A stretch of DNA of 64,000 bases. Source: Elusimicrobiota bacterium. Lineage in GTDB: Bacteria; Elusimicrobiota; Elusimicrobia; F11. Below the pieces are notes generated by a model. That model saw only the letters and a program-made list of their open reading frames with translations, was not told where the DNA came from and did not search any database. This document shows, one piece after another, positions 39,510-49,375 of the stretch. Position 1 is the first letter of the stretch; each line of letters starts with the position of its first letter. The stretch spans positions 640,001 through 704,000 of the forward strand of contig JBGAON010000001.1 in NCBI GenBank assembly GCA_044221725.1, given 5' to 3'. Made by a program: the position numbers and the translations under genes.

Positions 39510-40593
39510 GCACTGGCAGCGGGCTCGAAAAGTCTTGTGCGTTCGCCTCGATAGCATGGGCGATGTTCTCATGACGACGCCGGCAATCCGTGCCGTGAAA
39601 GAAGCGCCGACGCAACCGAAAATTACCCTGCTCACGTCGTCGGCGGGCGCCGAGGTTGGAAAATTGATTCCCGAAGTTGATGATGTCCTGGTTTATGATG
39701 CGCCGTGGGTGAAGTCAACCCCGGCACGGCAAACCGCTGCAAAAGATTGGGTTCAAGCCAGTTATCTGCGCGACCATGGCTTCGACGCCGCGATAATTTT
39801 CTGCGTGTTCAGTCAGAATCCGTTGCCGGCCGCGCTCCTGTGTTATTTGGCCGATATCCCCGTACGGCTCGCTCATAGTCGCGAAAATCCCTATCAGCTT
39901 CTCACGCATTGGGTGCCCGATCCGGAGCCCGCGAAATTTATTCGGCACGAGGTGCAGCGCCATCTGGATCTTGTGAAAACAATCGGATGCGTGCCGTCGC
40001 ACGATCATCTGTCGGTGCGATTTTCGTTGAGCGCCGTCGATTTTGTGGCCCGTGAGCTGGATTCGTACGACGTGCGCGACGATGAAAATATTGTGGTGAT
40101 TCACGCCGGAGCGTCGGCCCCGTCGCGGCGCTATCCACCGGAACGTTTTGCGTGGATCGCGAACCAACTTGCCGTGCGCGAACAATGTCGAATAGTTTTT
40201 ACCGGTTCGAAGCACGAGCTGGCGTTGGTCAATCAAATGTGCGACATGATGAATGGACCAGCCATTTCTTTTGCCGGTGAACTCAACGTTGAACAGTTGG
40301 CCGCGTTGTTGGCACGCGCGTCGCTGCTCATTTCGAACAACACCGGGCCCGCTCATTTAGCGGCCGCGGTTCAAACTCCGATCGTCGAGCTTTACGCGCT
40401 CACAAATCCGCAGCACACGCCTTGGAATGTGAAGAACAGGGTTCTTTTCGCAGATGTTCCGTGCAAATATTGTTACCGCAGCGTTTGCCCCGAAGGGCAC
40501 AACGACTGTCTGAACAAAGTGGATCCCGAAAGTGTTGTGGCCGCTGCGCAGGAGTTACTGAAGGAAGGTCAATATGTATACGCTCGGAATTAA
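39502..40593 (+). CDS. Glycosyltransferase family 9 (heptosyltransferase II-like)
   Basis: GTG start; RLDSMGDVLMTTPA, IHAGASAPSRR, SNNTGPAHLAAA, C..C....CP..H..C. Confidence 0.9.
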   Translation: MDKHWQRARKVLCVRLDSMGDVLMTTPAIRAVKEAPTQPKITLLTSSAGAEVGKLIPEVDDVLVYDAPWVKSTPARQTAAKDWVQASYLRDHGFDAAIIFCVFSQNPLPAALLCYLADIPVRLAHSRENPYQLLTHWVPDPEPAKFIRHEVQRHLDLVKTIGCVPSHDHLSVRFSLSAVDFVARELDSYDVRDDENIVVIHAGASAPSRRYPPERFAWIANQLAVREQCRIVFTGSKHELALVNQMCDMMNGPAISFAGELNVEQLAALLARASLLISNNTGPAHLAAAVQTPIVELYALTNPQHTPWNVKNRVLFADVPCKYCYRSVCPEGHNDCLNKVDPESVVAAAQELLKEGQYVYARN

Positions 40594-42304
40594 TGCGGTC
40601 TTCCACGATTCGTCTGCGTGTTTGGTTGAAAACGGTCGGGTTCTCGCGGCCGCCGAAGAAGAACGCTTTACGGGCATAAAACACGGAAAACGTCCGATTC
40701 CATTCTCAACGTACGAGCTTCCGTTTAATGCGATCGATTTCTGTTTGAAAACAGCCGGCGTATCTTTGAAGGACATTCATCACGTTGCGTATTCGTTCAA
40801 TCCTTATTTGCTTTTGAATGGCTATTCGGACGCAGCCACCGTGCCAATTCCGCTCGATCTGCGAAGATTTTCCAAGAACGGTTGGGAGAACCCATGGGAT
40901 CCGCTTTTCTTGTCGCTTATTGTGAACGCCCCGGGACAGTTGGCCGACGGGGCGCCCCATCATCTGCGTGAGCGCTTTGCCGGAGTTAAGACCGAGGGAA
41001 CATACCGGTGGCATTTTGTGGATCACCACGTGGCGCACGCGGCGAGTGCTTCGCTGGCCTCGCCTTTCTCTTCGGCGGCGATTCTCACGCTGGACGGGCG
41101 CGGTGAACGAGCGACGACCACGTACAATTTTTCCGATGGCGTCGCCCTGTGCCGCCTCGGAGAAGTGACGATGCCCAATTCGTTGGGCCTTTTGTACGAA
41201 CGGCTCACCACGTATCTCGGATTTTTGCATTCCTCAGACGAATACAAAGTGATGGCTTTGGCCTCCTACGGAAAACCGGTCTACCGTTCCGTTTTTCGTG
41301 ATGCGATACGCTTGAGCGCCAACGCGCAGTACGAGATCGCAAACATCGATTTGGAGCGCGTGTTCGGTCCGGCCCGGGCGCGCGGGGGCGCTTACGAACA
41401 AAAACATTTCGATATCGCGCATTCGCTGCAGGTCGTTCTCGAAGAGACGGTGCTTGATATATCGTCGTGGCTTTTTGAGCAGACACACGTGAAAAATTTG
41501 TGCTTGGCCGGTGGTGTGGCTCTCAACTGCGTGATGAACGCGCGGATTCGGGATCGTGGCAAATTTAAGAATGTGTGGGTTCAACCGGCCGCTGGTGATG
41601 CGGGAACGTCGCTGGGCGCCGCGCTGTGGGTGGATGCGCAGGAACGGAAGCCGGCCAGTCGCGCGTTTCACATGAACCATGCGTACTTTGGTCCGAGTTT
41701 TAGCGATCCGGAAATTGAGGAAACTTTGAAGACGGCCAAGTTGAATTATCGTCGAAGCGCGGATATCGCTGAAGATACCGCCGAATTGCTCGCCGAAAAC
41801 AAAGTTATCGGTTGGTTTCAGGGAAAAATGGAATTTGGTCCGCGCGCGTTGGGCGCGCGGTCGATCATTGCGTCGCCGATCCCCTTGGATATGCAAGCGC
41901 GATTGAACGACATCAAAGACCGTGAAGATTTTCGCCCCGTTGCGCCATCGGTGTTGGAAGAGAAGGCCGGCGATTGGTTTGAGGGCGCGAACGAGTCGCC
42001 GTTCATGCTTTTTGTGTTCGACGTGAAGCGCGAAAAAGCGGACAAAATCCCAGCGGTTCGTCATGTTGACGGCACCGCGCGCGTGCAAACGGTGCGGCGT
42101 GGTCAGAACGCCGTCTATTACGACATGATTCGCGCGTTCGAGCGGCGCACCGGTGTTCCCATTGTCATTAACACGTCGTTCAATACATTGGGTCGACCGA
42201 TTGTTTGCAAGCCGCGCGACGCGCTGGAAAGCTTTTTCACCTCGCCACTCGACGCGTTGGTGATCGGTTCGTTTATTGTCGAAAAAAATCCAACGGTGTC
42301 ATGA
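40574..42304 (+). CDS. Carbamoyltransferase (NodU/CmcH/TobZ family)
   Basis: HDSSA, AAEEERF, HHVAHA, EYKVMALA, LAGGVALNC, EFGPRALGARS, FRPVAP, NTSFN. Confidence 0.94.
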   Translation: MYTLGINAVFHDSSACLVENGRVLAAAEEERFTGIKHGKRPIPFSTYELPFNAIDFCLKTAGVSLKDIHHVAYSFNPYLLLNGYSDAATVPIPLDLRRFSKNGWENPWDPLFLSLIVNAPGQLADGAPHHLRERFAGVKTEGTYRWHFVDHHVAHAASASLASPFSSAAILTLDGRGERATTTYNFSDGVALCRLGEVTMPNSLGLLYERLTTYLGFLHSSDEYKVMALASYGKPVYRSVFRDAIRLSANAQYEIANIDLERVFGPARARGGAYEQKHFDIAHSLQVVLEETVLDISSWLFEQTHVKNLCLAGGVALNCVMNARIRDRGKFKNVWVQPAAGDAGTSLGAALWVDAQERKPASRAFHMNHAYFGPSFSDPEIEETLKTAKLNYRRSADIAEDTAELLAENKVIGWFQGKMEFGPRALGARSIIASPIPLDMQARLNDIKDREDFRPVAPSVLEEKAGDWFEGANESPFMLFVFDVKREKADKIPAVRHVDGTARVQTVRRGQNAVYYDMIRAFERRTGVPIVINTSFNTLGRPIVCKPRDALESFFTSPLDALVIGSFIVEKNPTVS

Positions 42305-43263
42305 ACGTCTCGGTGGTTGTGCCAACGTACCGACGTCTGGATTTGTTAAAGCGATGTTTGTCGGCACTTTCGAGCCAGAGCCTCGAGCCAGCGTGCTACG
42401 AAATTATCGTGGCGGACGACGGTGCCGATGAACAGGTGGCGGCCGCCGTGGGCAGGTTTCAGGAATATCATGGGCCGCGTATTTCCTACGTTCCGGTGCG
42501 TGGGCCCCACGGTCCAGCGGCCGCACGCAACGCGGGGTGGCGCGCAGCTACTGCACCGATCGTTGCTTTTACCGATGACGATTGCATTCCGGATCGACAA
42601 TGGCTCGAGAAAGGCGTGAAACGTTTTCGTGAGGATAACGTCGTCGCCGTTTCCGGACGCGTGGTGATGCCGATGTCGAAGAATCCTACCGATTATGAAA
42701 GAAGCGCCTCTCACCTCGAGACAGCGGAATTCGTGACGGCGAATTGTTTTTGTCGGCGGGACGCGCTCGAGCGTCTCGACGGATTTGACGAGCGATTTAC
42801 GCGCGCTTGGCGCGAGGACAGTGATTTGCATTTCCGCTTGCTCTCGTGCGGAAACGTCGTGAAAGCGAGCGATGCGATTGTGATCCATCCGATTCGGCCG
42901 GCGGCTTTTGGCGTCGCTCTCACGCAGTTGAAGAACAATTTTTTTGAAGCTTTGCTTTTCAAAAAACACCGGGCGCTCTACCGGGAGCGCATTCGACCGT
43001 TTGTTCCATGGTCCTATTATCTGATGGTTGCTCTGGTTGTCGCGGCAGGGATCGCCTTCGTCTATTCCCACGGCGACGTCGCGTGGTTGATGATGGGGGC
43101 TTGGCTGTTTCTTACGGCCCGCTTTTGCCGGCGGCGACTTCACCGCACCACGCACCGGTTGGGTCACGTGATGGAGATGATTGTCACTTCTGTCCTTATT
43201 CCACCGGTGGCGATCGCTTACCGCGTGGCCGGGGCCATTCGCTACCGCGTTCTGTTCTTGTAG
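42301..43263 (+). CDS. Glycosyltransferase family 2 with C-terminal TM helices
   Basis: VSVVVPTY, DDG, GPAAARN.G, FTDDDC, REDSDL. Confidence 0.9.
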   Translation: MNVSVVVPTYRRLDLLKRCLSALSSQSLEPACYEIIVADDGADEQVAAAVGRFQEYHGPRISYVPVRGPHGPAAARNAGWRAATAPIVAFTDDDCIPDRQWLEKGVKRFREDNVVAVSGRVVMPMSKNPTDYERSASHLETAEFVTANCFCRRDALERLDGFDERFTRAWREDSDLHFRLLSCGNVVKASDAIVIHPIRPAAFGVALTQLKNNFFEALLFKKHRALYRERIRPFVPWSYYLMVALVVAAGIAFVYSHGDVAWLMMGAWLFLTARFCRRRLHRTTHRLGHVMEMIVTSVLIPPVAIAYRVAGAIRYRVLFL

Positions 43264-43270
43264 GAATTGA

Positions 43271-44266
43271 ATGGAACTCCCTAATTTTCTTCAGATCGAA
43301 CCCGTTGGTCAATGCAACTTGCGCTGCCGTATGTGTCCGATTCAGTACCGCAAGGACGGTCCGCCTTACGGTCCGCCCGCGTTCATTTCGTTTGAAAAAT
43401 TCAAAAGGCTTATCGATGGGTTTCCGAATGTTTCGGAACTGCATCTGCAAGGGTTGGGGGAGCCTTTGATGCATCCGCGATTTTTTGACATGGTGCGTTA
43501 CGCGGCCGACAAGCATATCAATGTGAGTGTGAATACGAATTTGACGTTTCTCTCACGCGAAAAAGCCGAGCGTTGCGTTCGGTCCGGTCTGAACACACTT
43601 CACGCCTCCATTGATGGCGCCACCGCGACGACATACGAGTGGATCCGGCGTGGCGCGGATTTCCGTAAGGTGACGAGCAACCTCAATGAGCTCGTTCGCG
43701 CGCGCGATGGGTTGAACAGCGAATTTCCGCACGTTCGGCTCGTTATGGTCGTTATGCGCCGCAACTTACGGGAGTTGCCGGCGCTTGTCGCGATGGCTGT
43801 GCGGTGGAACGTGGAATCGATGTCGGTTCAGCATTTGTGTCACGATTTCACGGAGGAAACGTTGCCCGCCGCGTACGCGCAAATGCGCGATTTCGTAAAC
43901 GAGCAAACCTTGTTAAGCGAAGACCCGGCGCTCGTTGACAGCGTATTCGAGGAAGCGCGCGCCGTGGCCGCGCAACACGACTTCACACTGCGCCTTCCGA
44001 CGATTCGGCCGCATCCAAAAGATTTTCCGTTGGGCGCCAAACGTTGCGATTGGCCGTGGCGGGGCGCCTACGTCAGCTACAACGGCGATGCGATGCCGTG
44101 TTGCATGGTCGCCACGCCCGACCGGATCAATTTCGGAAACATGACCGAGCAGTCGCCGGACGCCGTGTGGAACAACGAACGCTACAGCGAGTTTCGTTCA
44201 AAACTTGCGTCGGAGGATCCGCCTGCGATTTGCCGCGCGTGTTCGGTTTATCGGGGCGTGTTTTGA
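43271..44266 (+). CDS. Radical SAM/SPASM-domain protein
   Basis: CNLRCRMC, GLGEPLMHP, C-terminal CDWPW...PCC...CRAC. Confidence 0.92.
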   Translation: MELPNFLQIEPVGQCNLRCRMCPIQYRKDGPPYGPPAFISFEKFKRLIDGFPNVSELHLQGLGEPLMHPRFFDMVRYAADKHINVSVNTNLTFLSREKAERCVRSGLNTLHASIDGATATTYEWIRRGADFRKVTSNLNELVRARDGLNSEFPHVRLVMVVMRRNLRELPALVAMAVRWNVESMSVQHLCHDFTEETLPAAYAQMRDFVNEQTLLSEDPALVDSVFEEARAVAAQHDFTLRLPTIRPHPKDFPLGAKRCDWPWRGAYVSYNGDAMPCCMVATPDRINFGNMTEQSPDAVWNNERYSEFRSKLASEDPPAICRACSVYRGVF

Positions 44267-45693
44267 GCGAGCAGCGTCACCTTTCGGATCGGCGGTTCGT
44301 CGGCTCGCCAAGCGATGAAGAAATTCAGACAAGCTTGCGGGCCTGCGTAAAAGAAGGCGTGGCCGCTCAAGTGATGATCGGTATCTTTGACTATTATCTA
44401 ACGCCCTACGCACTTTTTTTAAACGCTTCCACCGCTGACATCGGAATGTTGGTCGCCATCCCAAATCTGTTTGGTTCGGTCGCGCAACTTTTCAGTGTGA
44501 AGGCGGTTCATTGGGCCGGGGATCGCTTGCGATTGCTCCTCACGTCGACGTGGGTTCAACTTCTGTTTCTTCTGCCCGTTGGTTTTCTCATCTACGCGCC
44601 ATCGAAATGGCGCCTTCCGTTATTGATTTTGTTGATCACGGTTTTCCGTACGATTGGCAGTCTCATTGGCCCCGCGTGGGGCAGTTTGGTCAGCGAATAC
44701 TTGCCGCCCAACCGCCGCGGTCATTTCATGGGATGGCGGTCTCGGTGGGTTTCGATCGCTGGACTTGCCGGCGTTGCGTTCTGGGGATTGTTTCTCTTTT
44801 ATTGGAAACAGTTTGGCAGTCAAGCGGTCGGATTTATCATCTTGTTTTTGGGTGCCGTTGCCTCCCGTTCGTTATCGCTGCGGTACATGTCGCGCATGGC
44901 CAATTTGCCGATGCACAAAGATGAGGAAAGTGAATTTACTCTTTGGATGTTTTTACGCCGGTTCCGCGAGAGTAATTTTGTGAAGTTTGTCTTTTATGTC
45001 GCGACGGTAACGTTCGCGACGCAACTGACGGCGCCTTACTTCAGCGTGCATATGCTGCGCGATTTGAAATTCAATTACGTTGCGTATATGAGCGTGCACA
45101 TGGCGTCCATTGTGACCGGTTTGTTGTCTTTTCCGATTTGGGGACGGCACGCCGACCACGTGGGAAACGCGAAGATTCTTAAAGTGACGAGTTTCGCGTT
45201 GCCGGTGATTCCGTTGTTGTGGCTTGTCGCGCGGCAACCCGTGATTCTTGTTCTCGTGGAAATGATGTCCGGTTTTGTATGGGGCGGCTTCACGTTGTGC
45301 GCGACGAACTTTATTTACGATGCGGTGAGTCCGTCAAAACGCGTGCGCTGTCTGAGTTATTTCAATCTGATCAATGGTGCGGCGGTTTGCCTCGGAGCGT
45401 TGAGTGGCGGTTATCTTGCTGAACACGTGCCGCCGTATTTCGGGTTGCCGCTCGGCGCGCTTTTTTTGATTTCCGCGGGCGCTCGTTTCCTGGCTGATTT
45501 CCTGCTCGCGCGACACTTTGAAGAGGTCCGTGCCGAGACGATACCGGTGTCAAGTTCTCAACTGTTCTTCAGTGTGATTGGCGTGCAGACGTTCCTTGGG
45601 AGAAACGAAGAGCTCCGACCCGTGCCTCTCGCAAAAGATGTGAATTTCGGAACGCATGCCCCCGGTTCCGATCGGCGTCACGCCAAAAAATAA
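44263..45693 (+). CDS. MFS transporter
   Basis: About 12 hydrophobic helices; AWGSLVSEYLP...RG.FMG.R; WGRHADHVGN. TTG start overlaps the upstream stop. Confidence 0.85.
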   Translation: MSEQRHLSDRRFVGSPSDEEIQTSLRACVKEGVAAQVMIGIFDYYLTPYALFLNASTADIGMLVAIPNLFGSVAQLFSVKAVHWAGDRLRLLLTSTWVQLLFLLPVGFLIYAPSKWRLPLLILLITVFRTIGSLIGPAWGSLVSEYLPPNRRGHFMGWRSRWVSIAGLAGVAFWGLFLFYWKQFGSQAVGFIILFLGAVASRSLSLRYMSRMANLPMHKDEESEFTLWMFLRRFRESNFVKFVFYVATVTFATQLTAPYFSVHMLRDLKFNYVAYMSVHMASIVTGLLSFPIWGRHADHVGNAKILKVTSFALPVIPLLWLVARQPVILVLVEMMSGFVWGGFTLCATNFIYDAVSPSKRVRCLSYFNLINGAAVCLGALSGGYLAEHVPPYFGLPLGALFLISAGARFLADFLLARHFEEVRAETIPVSSSQLFFSVIGVQTFLGRNEELRPVPLAKDVNFGTHAPGSDRRHAKK

Positions 45694-45839
45694 CAACCAC
45701 CGTCCGCACGCGCTCAGACTGGTAAAGATAAAACGGAAATCCACATCGGTCCGCGAGCGCCAACGATCTTCATCGGTTTGCGTATGTAGAGAATAGCCTC
45801 ACCGTGAGCAATTCCCAAAATCCCGGCGCCGAGTGAACA

Positions 45840-46424
45840 ATGCCTCAGATCTTTCATCGCGGTTTCAATCCATTATCGAAGGCCAGTATTTTTGGAGGAA
45901 TTTTTATTGTGGCCGCCATAATTTATGTTTTTGATTTGCTGTACAAGAGCCCTTACGTTAACGAAAAGCTCGTTATTCGTGAACAACCAATTCCATTCAG
46001 TCACCGGCATCACGTGAACGAATTGGGCATCGATTGTCGTTTCTGTCACACGTCAGCGGCTTTGTCGTCGTTTGCCGGAATTCCGTCGCTTCAAACCTGC
46101 ATGACATGTCATTCGCAGATTTGGACGAACGCCGAAATGCTCGAGCCCCTGCGCCGGGCCTACGCCGCCGGTGAAACCATTAAGTGGGTGCGCGTTAATT
46201 CCGTGCCGCAGTTCGTGTACTTCGACCACAGCATCCACGTGAACAAAGGCGTTGCTTGCACCACGTGCCACGGGCCGATCGACAAAATGCCGCTCACGTG
46301 GCGACAGTCGACGCTCGAGATGAAATGGTGTCTTTCGTGCCACGAGCATCCCGGAAAATTTGTTTCGCAAATCGCCGGGGCGAGAATCAGAAAAGTAACG
46401 GACTGTATCGCATGTCACCGCTAA
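45840..46424 (+). CDS. actA: Alternative complex III pentaheme cytochrome c subunit
   Basis: Five CxxCH motifs (CRFCH, CMTCH, CTTCH, CLSCH, CIACH); QPIPFSH..H; N-terminal TM. Confidence 0.92.
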   Translation: MPQIFHRGFNPLSKASIFGGIFIVAAIIYVFDLLYKSPYVNEKLVIREQPIPFSHRHHVNELGIDCRFCHTSAALSSFAGIPSLQTCMTCHSQIWTNAEMLEPLRRAYAAGETIKWVRVNSVPQFVYFDHSIHVNKGVACTTCHGPIDKMPLTWRQSTLEMKWCLSCHEHPGKFVSQIAGARIRKVTDCIACHR

Positions 46425-49375
46425 ACTTTGACGACATCCGCGCGCGATTGGCAAGCAGTCACGGTTCCGAATATTGGCGCAGTCTCGATGAACTGGCCGA
46501 TACCGAAGAGTTTCGAGATTTTGTGAGGCACGAATTTCCCCGCGACGTGGAAACCTGGCTCGAGCCGATGTCGCGCCGATCGTTTTTGAAACTCATGGGT
46601 GCGTCGCTGGCGATGGCGTTTTTCAGCGGCTGTCGCAAGCCGCTCGAACATATTCTTCCTTACAATAAAGCGCCCGAGGGAGTGATTCCAGGAAAGCCAC
46701 TCTATTTCGCGTCGGCGTTGCCGTTTCAAGGTTACGCGCGCGGCGTGCTCGTCGAGACGCACATGGGACGGCCCACAAAAATTGAAGGAAACCCGCAACA
46801 CCCGGATAGCCTTGGCGCGACCGACATTTTTTCGCAAGCGGCCACGCTTGAATTCTACGATCCGGACCGCTCGCAAACCGTTGTCCAAAATGGATTGCCG
46901 CATACATGGGATTCGTTTTTTGGTTCGTTGAAGGCGCTCATCGACCGACAAAAGGAAAAAAGGGGCGCGGGGTTGAGAATTCTCACCGAAACCGTAACGT
47001 CCCCGTCGTTGGGAGCGCAGCTGCACGGCATTCAACGTGCGTTCCCAGAGCTTGTGTGGCACCAATACGAGCCCGTGAACCGCGACAACGTTCACGCGGG
47101 GGCGCTGCTGGCGTTCGGCAAATCACTGGATGTGCGTTACAGGTTCTCGGACGCCAACGTCATCGTGTCGATCGACAGCGATTTCCTAACAGCGGTCCCC
47201 GGCGGCCTTCGTTACGCCAATGATTTTTCGAAGCGGCGGCGGTATGAACGCGGGAAATCAGAAATGAACAGGCTGTATGTGATCGAAAGCAATCCATCGA
47301 TCACCGGTAGCATGGCCGACCACCGATTGCCCTTGGGGCCTGCCGCGATTGACACTTTTGCGCGCGTGCTGGCGGCCGAATTGGGAATAAAAAATATTTC
47401 AAAATCGGGCGTCGCGCTCGGATCAGAGAACATGGTATGGCTCCGTGCGGTTGCGGCCGACCTGAGAAAAAACCGTGGATCCAGCATCATCGTTGCGGGA
47501 TATGCGCAGCCGGCCGTTGTGCACGCGCTGGTTCATGCGATGAACGACGCGCTGGGCAACCACGGGCGAACCATCGAAATTACGGCGGCCGCTCAAGTGA
47601 ATCCGGTCGATCAATTGGATTCTCTCGAAACACTGGTGCGGGAGATGCGCGCGGGTGGTGTGGAACTGCTGCTGATGTTTGGTGGAAATCCGGTCTATTC
47701 GGCGCCGAGTGATTTCAATTTCGCTGACGCGCTCACGAACGTGCCGACGCGTGTGCACGCGAATATCTACGAAGATGAAACGTCCGCTGCCTGTCATTGG
47801 CATGTGCCGCGCGCCCACGCACTCGAATCGTGGGGAGACGCGCGCGCTTTTGATGGCACCGTCTCAATTGTTCAGCCACAAATTCAGCCGCTGTACGACG
47901 GGAAAACGGACGGTGAGATTTTATCGCTGTTGTTCGACGCGAATCCGCGGTCGGGGTATGATCTTGTGCGCGACCATTGGAAACAACACGCCGCCCACGC
48001 CGACTTCGAATCCTTCTGGAAAAAATCGTTGAACGATGGTGTGGTGCCCAATACCGCGAGTTCACCAACGTCGGCGCGCATGCACGGTGTGAGTGCTTGG
48101 GTGCCGCAGATTCCATTGGCCGAGAGCGAATTGGAAATTCTATTTCAGCCGGACCCGACGATTTGGGATGGCCGTTACACAAACAACGGTTGGTTGCAGG
48201 AATTGCCGAAGCCTATCACGAAATTCACGTGGGGCAACGCCGCGCTTGTTTCTCCGGCGCTGGCGGAGATCCGCGGTTTGGACAACGGTGACGTGGTGCG
48301 ACTCGAATGGCAGGACCGAACTGTCGAAGCTCCCATATGGATTGTTCCGGGTCACGCCGAGCGTACGGTGACCGTAACGTTCGGTTATGGCCGCACGCAC
48401 CCGGGCCGTGTTGGTGCGGGGCTTGGGTTTAACGCGTACGCGTTACGAACCTCTGAGGCCATGTGGTCGGGCCCTGGGCTTGTGCTTGAAAAAACCGGTC
48501 GCCGAGTTTCACTGGCCAGCACCCAGCATCATTACTCGATGGAAGGCCGTGATCTCATTCGCGTCGCCACACCCGATGAGATGCAGAAAAACGAAAGCTC
48601 TCCCCGTGAAAAGGAAACGCTCTACAATTATTCGAAACCGGCAGCGTCCGACGATTACGCGTGGGGAATGGCGATTGATTTAAACACGTGCATTGGTTGC
48701 AGCGCGTGCACCATTGCGTGTCAGGCGGAAAACAATATTCCGATCGTCGGAAAGGAGCAGGTCGAGCGCGGGCGAGAAATGCATTGGATTCGCGTGGACC
48801 GCTATCACACCGGTGGTTTGGACAATCCGAAATCGTATCCGCAGCCGGTCCCATGCATGCACTGCGAAGAAGCGCCGTGCGAACTCGTGTGTCCCGTCGG
48901 TGCGACGAGTCACAGCGACGAAGGTTTGAACCAAATGGTTTACAACCGCTGCATTGGCACGCGTTACTGTTCGAACAATTGTCCGTACAAAGTGCGACGG
49001 TTCAACTTCCTGAATTACACGGAGATGATCAAAGGGCCTTTGAAGATGATGGAGAACCCCGACGTCACGGTGCGCAGCCGCGGTGTTATGGAAAAGTGCA
49101 CCTACTGCGTTCAGCGAATTCAGCAGGCGAAAATAGGGGCGGAAAAAGAAAATCGTTTGGTCCGTGACGGTGAAGTTGTTCCGGCGTGTGCGCAAGTTTG
49201 CCCATCCAAAGCCATCGTTTTTGGAAATCTCAAAGATCCAACGAGCGCCGTGGTCAAACAAAAGTCCGATGGTCGCGATTACGGGATTTTAACCGAGCTC
49301 GGCACGCGCCCGCGAACCACCTATCAAACCCGACTGCACAACCCAAACCCAGCCATTAACGAGAGCAGCCTGTGA
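46412..49375 (+). CDS. actB: Alternative complex III subunit B (molybdopterin-oxidoreductase-like plus Fe-S domain, Tat signal)
   Basis: YWRSLDEL, SRRSFLKLMGAS (Tat), GRPTKIEGN, CIGCSAC..AC, CMHCEEAPC..VCP, CIGTRYCSNNCPY, CTYC. Confidence 0.94.
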   Translation: MSPLNFDDIRARLASSHGSEYWRSLDELADTEEFRDFVRHEFPRDVETWLEPMSRRSFLKLMGASLAMAFFSGCRKPLEHILPYNKAPEGVIPGKPLYFASALPFQGYARGVLVETHMGRPTKIEGNPQHPDSLGATDIFSQAATLEFYDPDRSQTVVQNGLPHTWDSFFGSLKALIDRQKEKRGAGLRILTETVTSPSLGAQLHGIQRAFPELVWHQYEPVNRDNVHAGALLAFGKSLDVRYRFSDANVIVSIDSDFLTAVPGGLRYANDFSKRRRYERGKSEMNRLYVIESNPSITGSMADHRLPLGPAAIDTFARVLAAELGIKNISKSGVALGSENMVWLRAVAADLRKNRGSSIIVAGYAQPAVVHALVHAMNDALGNHGRTIEITAAAQVNPVDQLDSLETLVREMRAGGVELLLMFGGNPVYSAPSDFNFADALTNVPTRVHANIYEDETSAACHWHVPRAHALESWGDARAFDGTVSIVQPQIQPLYDGKTDGEILSLLFDANPRSGYDLVRDHWKQHAAHADFESFWKKSLNDGVVPNTASSPTSARMHGVSAWVPQIPLAESELEILFQPDPTIWDGRYTNNGWLQELPKPITKFTWGNAALVSPALAEIRGLDNGDVVRLEWQDRTVEAPIWIVPGHAERTVTVTFGYGRTHPGRVGAGLGFNAYALRTSEAMWSGPGLVLEKTGRRVSLASTQHHYSMEGRDLIRVATPDEMQKNESSPREKETLYNYSKPAASDDYAWGMAIDLNTCIGCSACTIACQAENNIPIVGKEQVERGREMHWIRVDRYHTGGLDNPKSYPQPVPCMHCEEAPCELVCPVGATSHSDEGLNQMVYNRCIGTRYCSNNCPYKVRRFNFLNYTEMIKGPLKMMENPDVTVRSRGVMEKCTYCVQRIQQAKIGAEKENRLVRDGEVVPACAQVCPSKAIVFGNLKDPTSAVVKQKSDGRDYGILTELGTRPRTTYQTRLHNPNPAINESSL

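Noticed and set aside
35616..40593. Assigning waaC/waaF/mshA gene symbols
   Set aside because: Only family-level motifs are visible, and the context (carbamoyltransferase, rSAM, MFS) argues against assuming LPS core or mycothiol functions.
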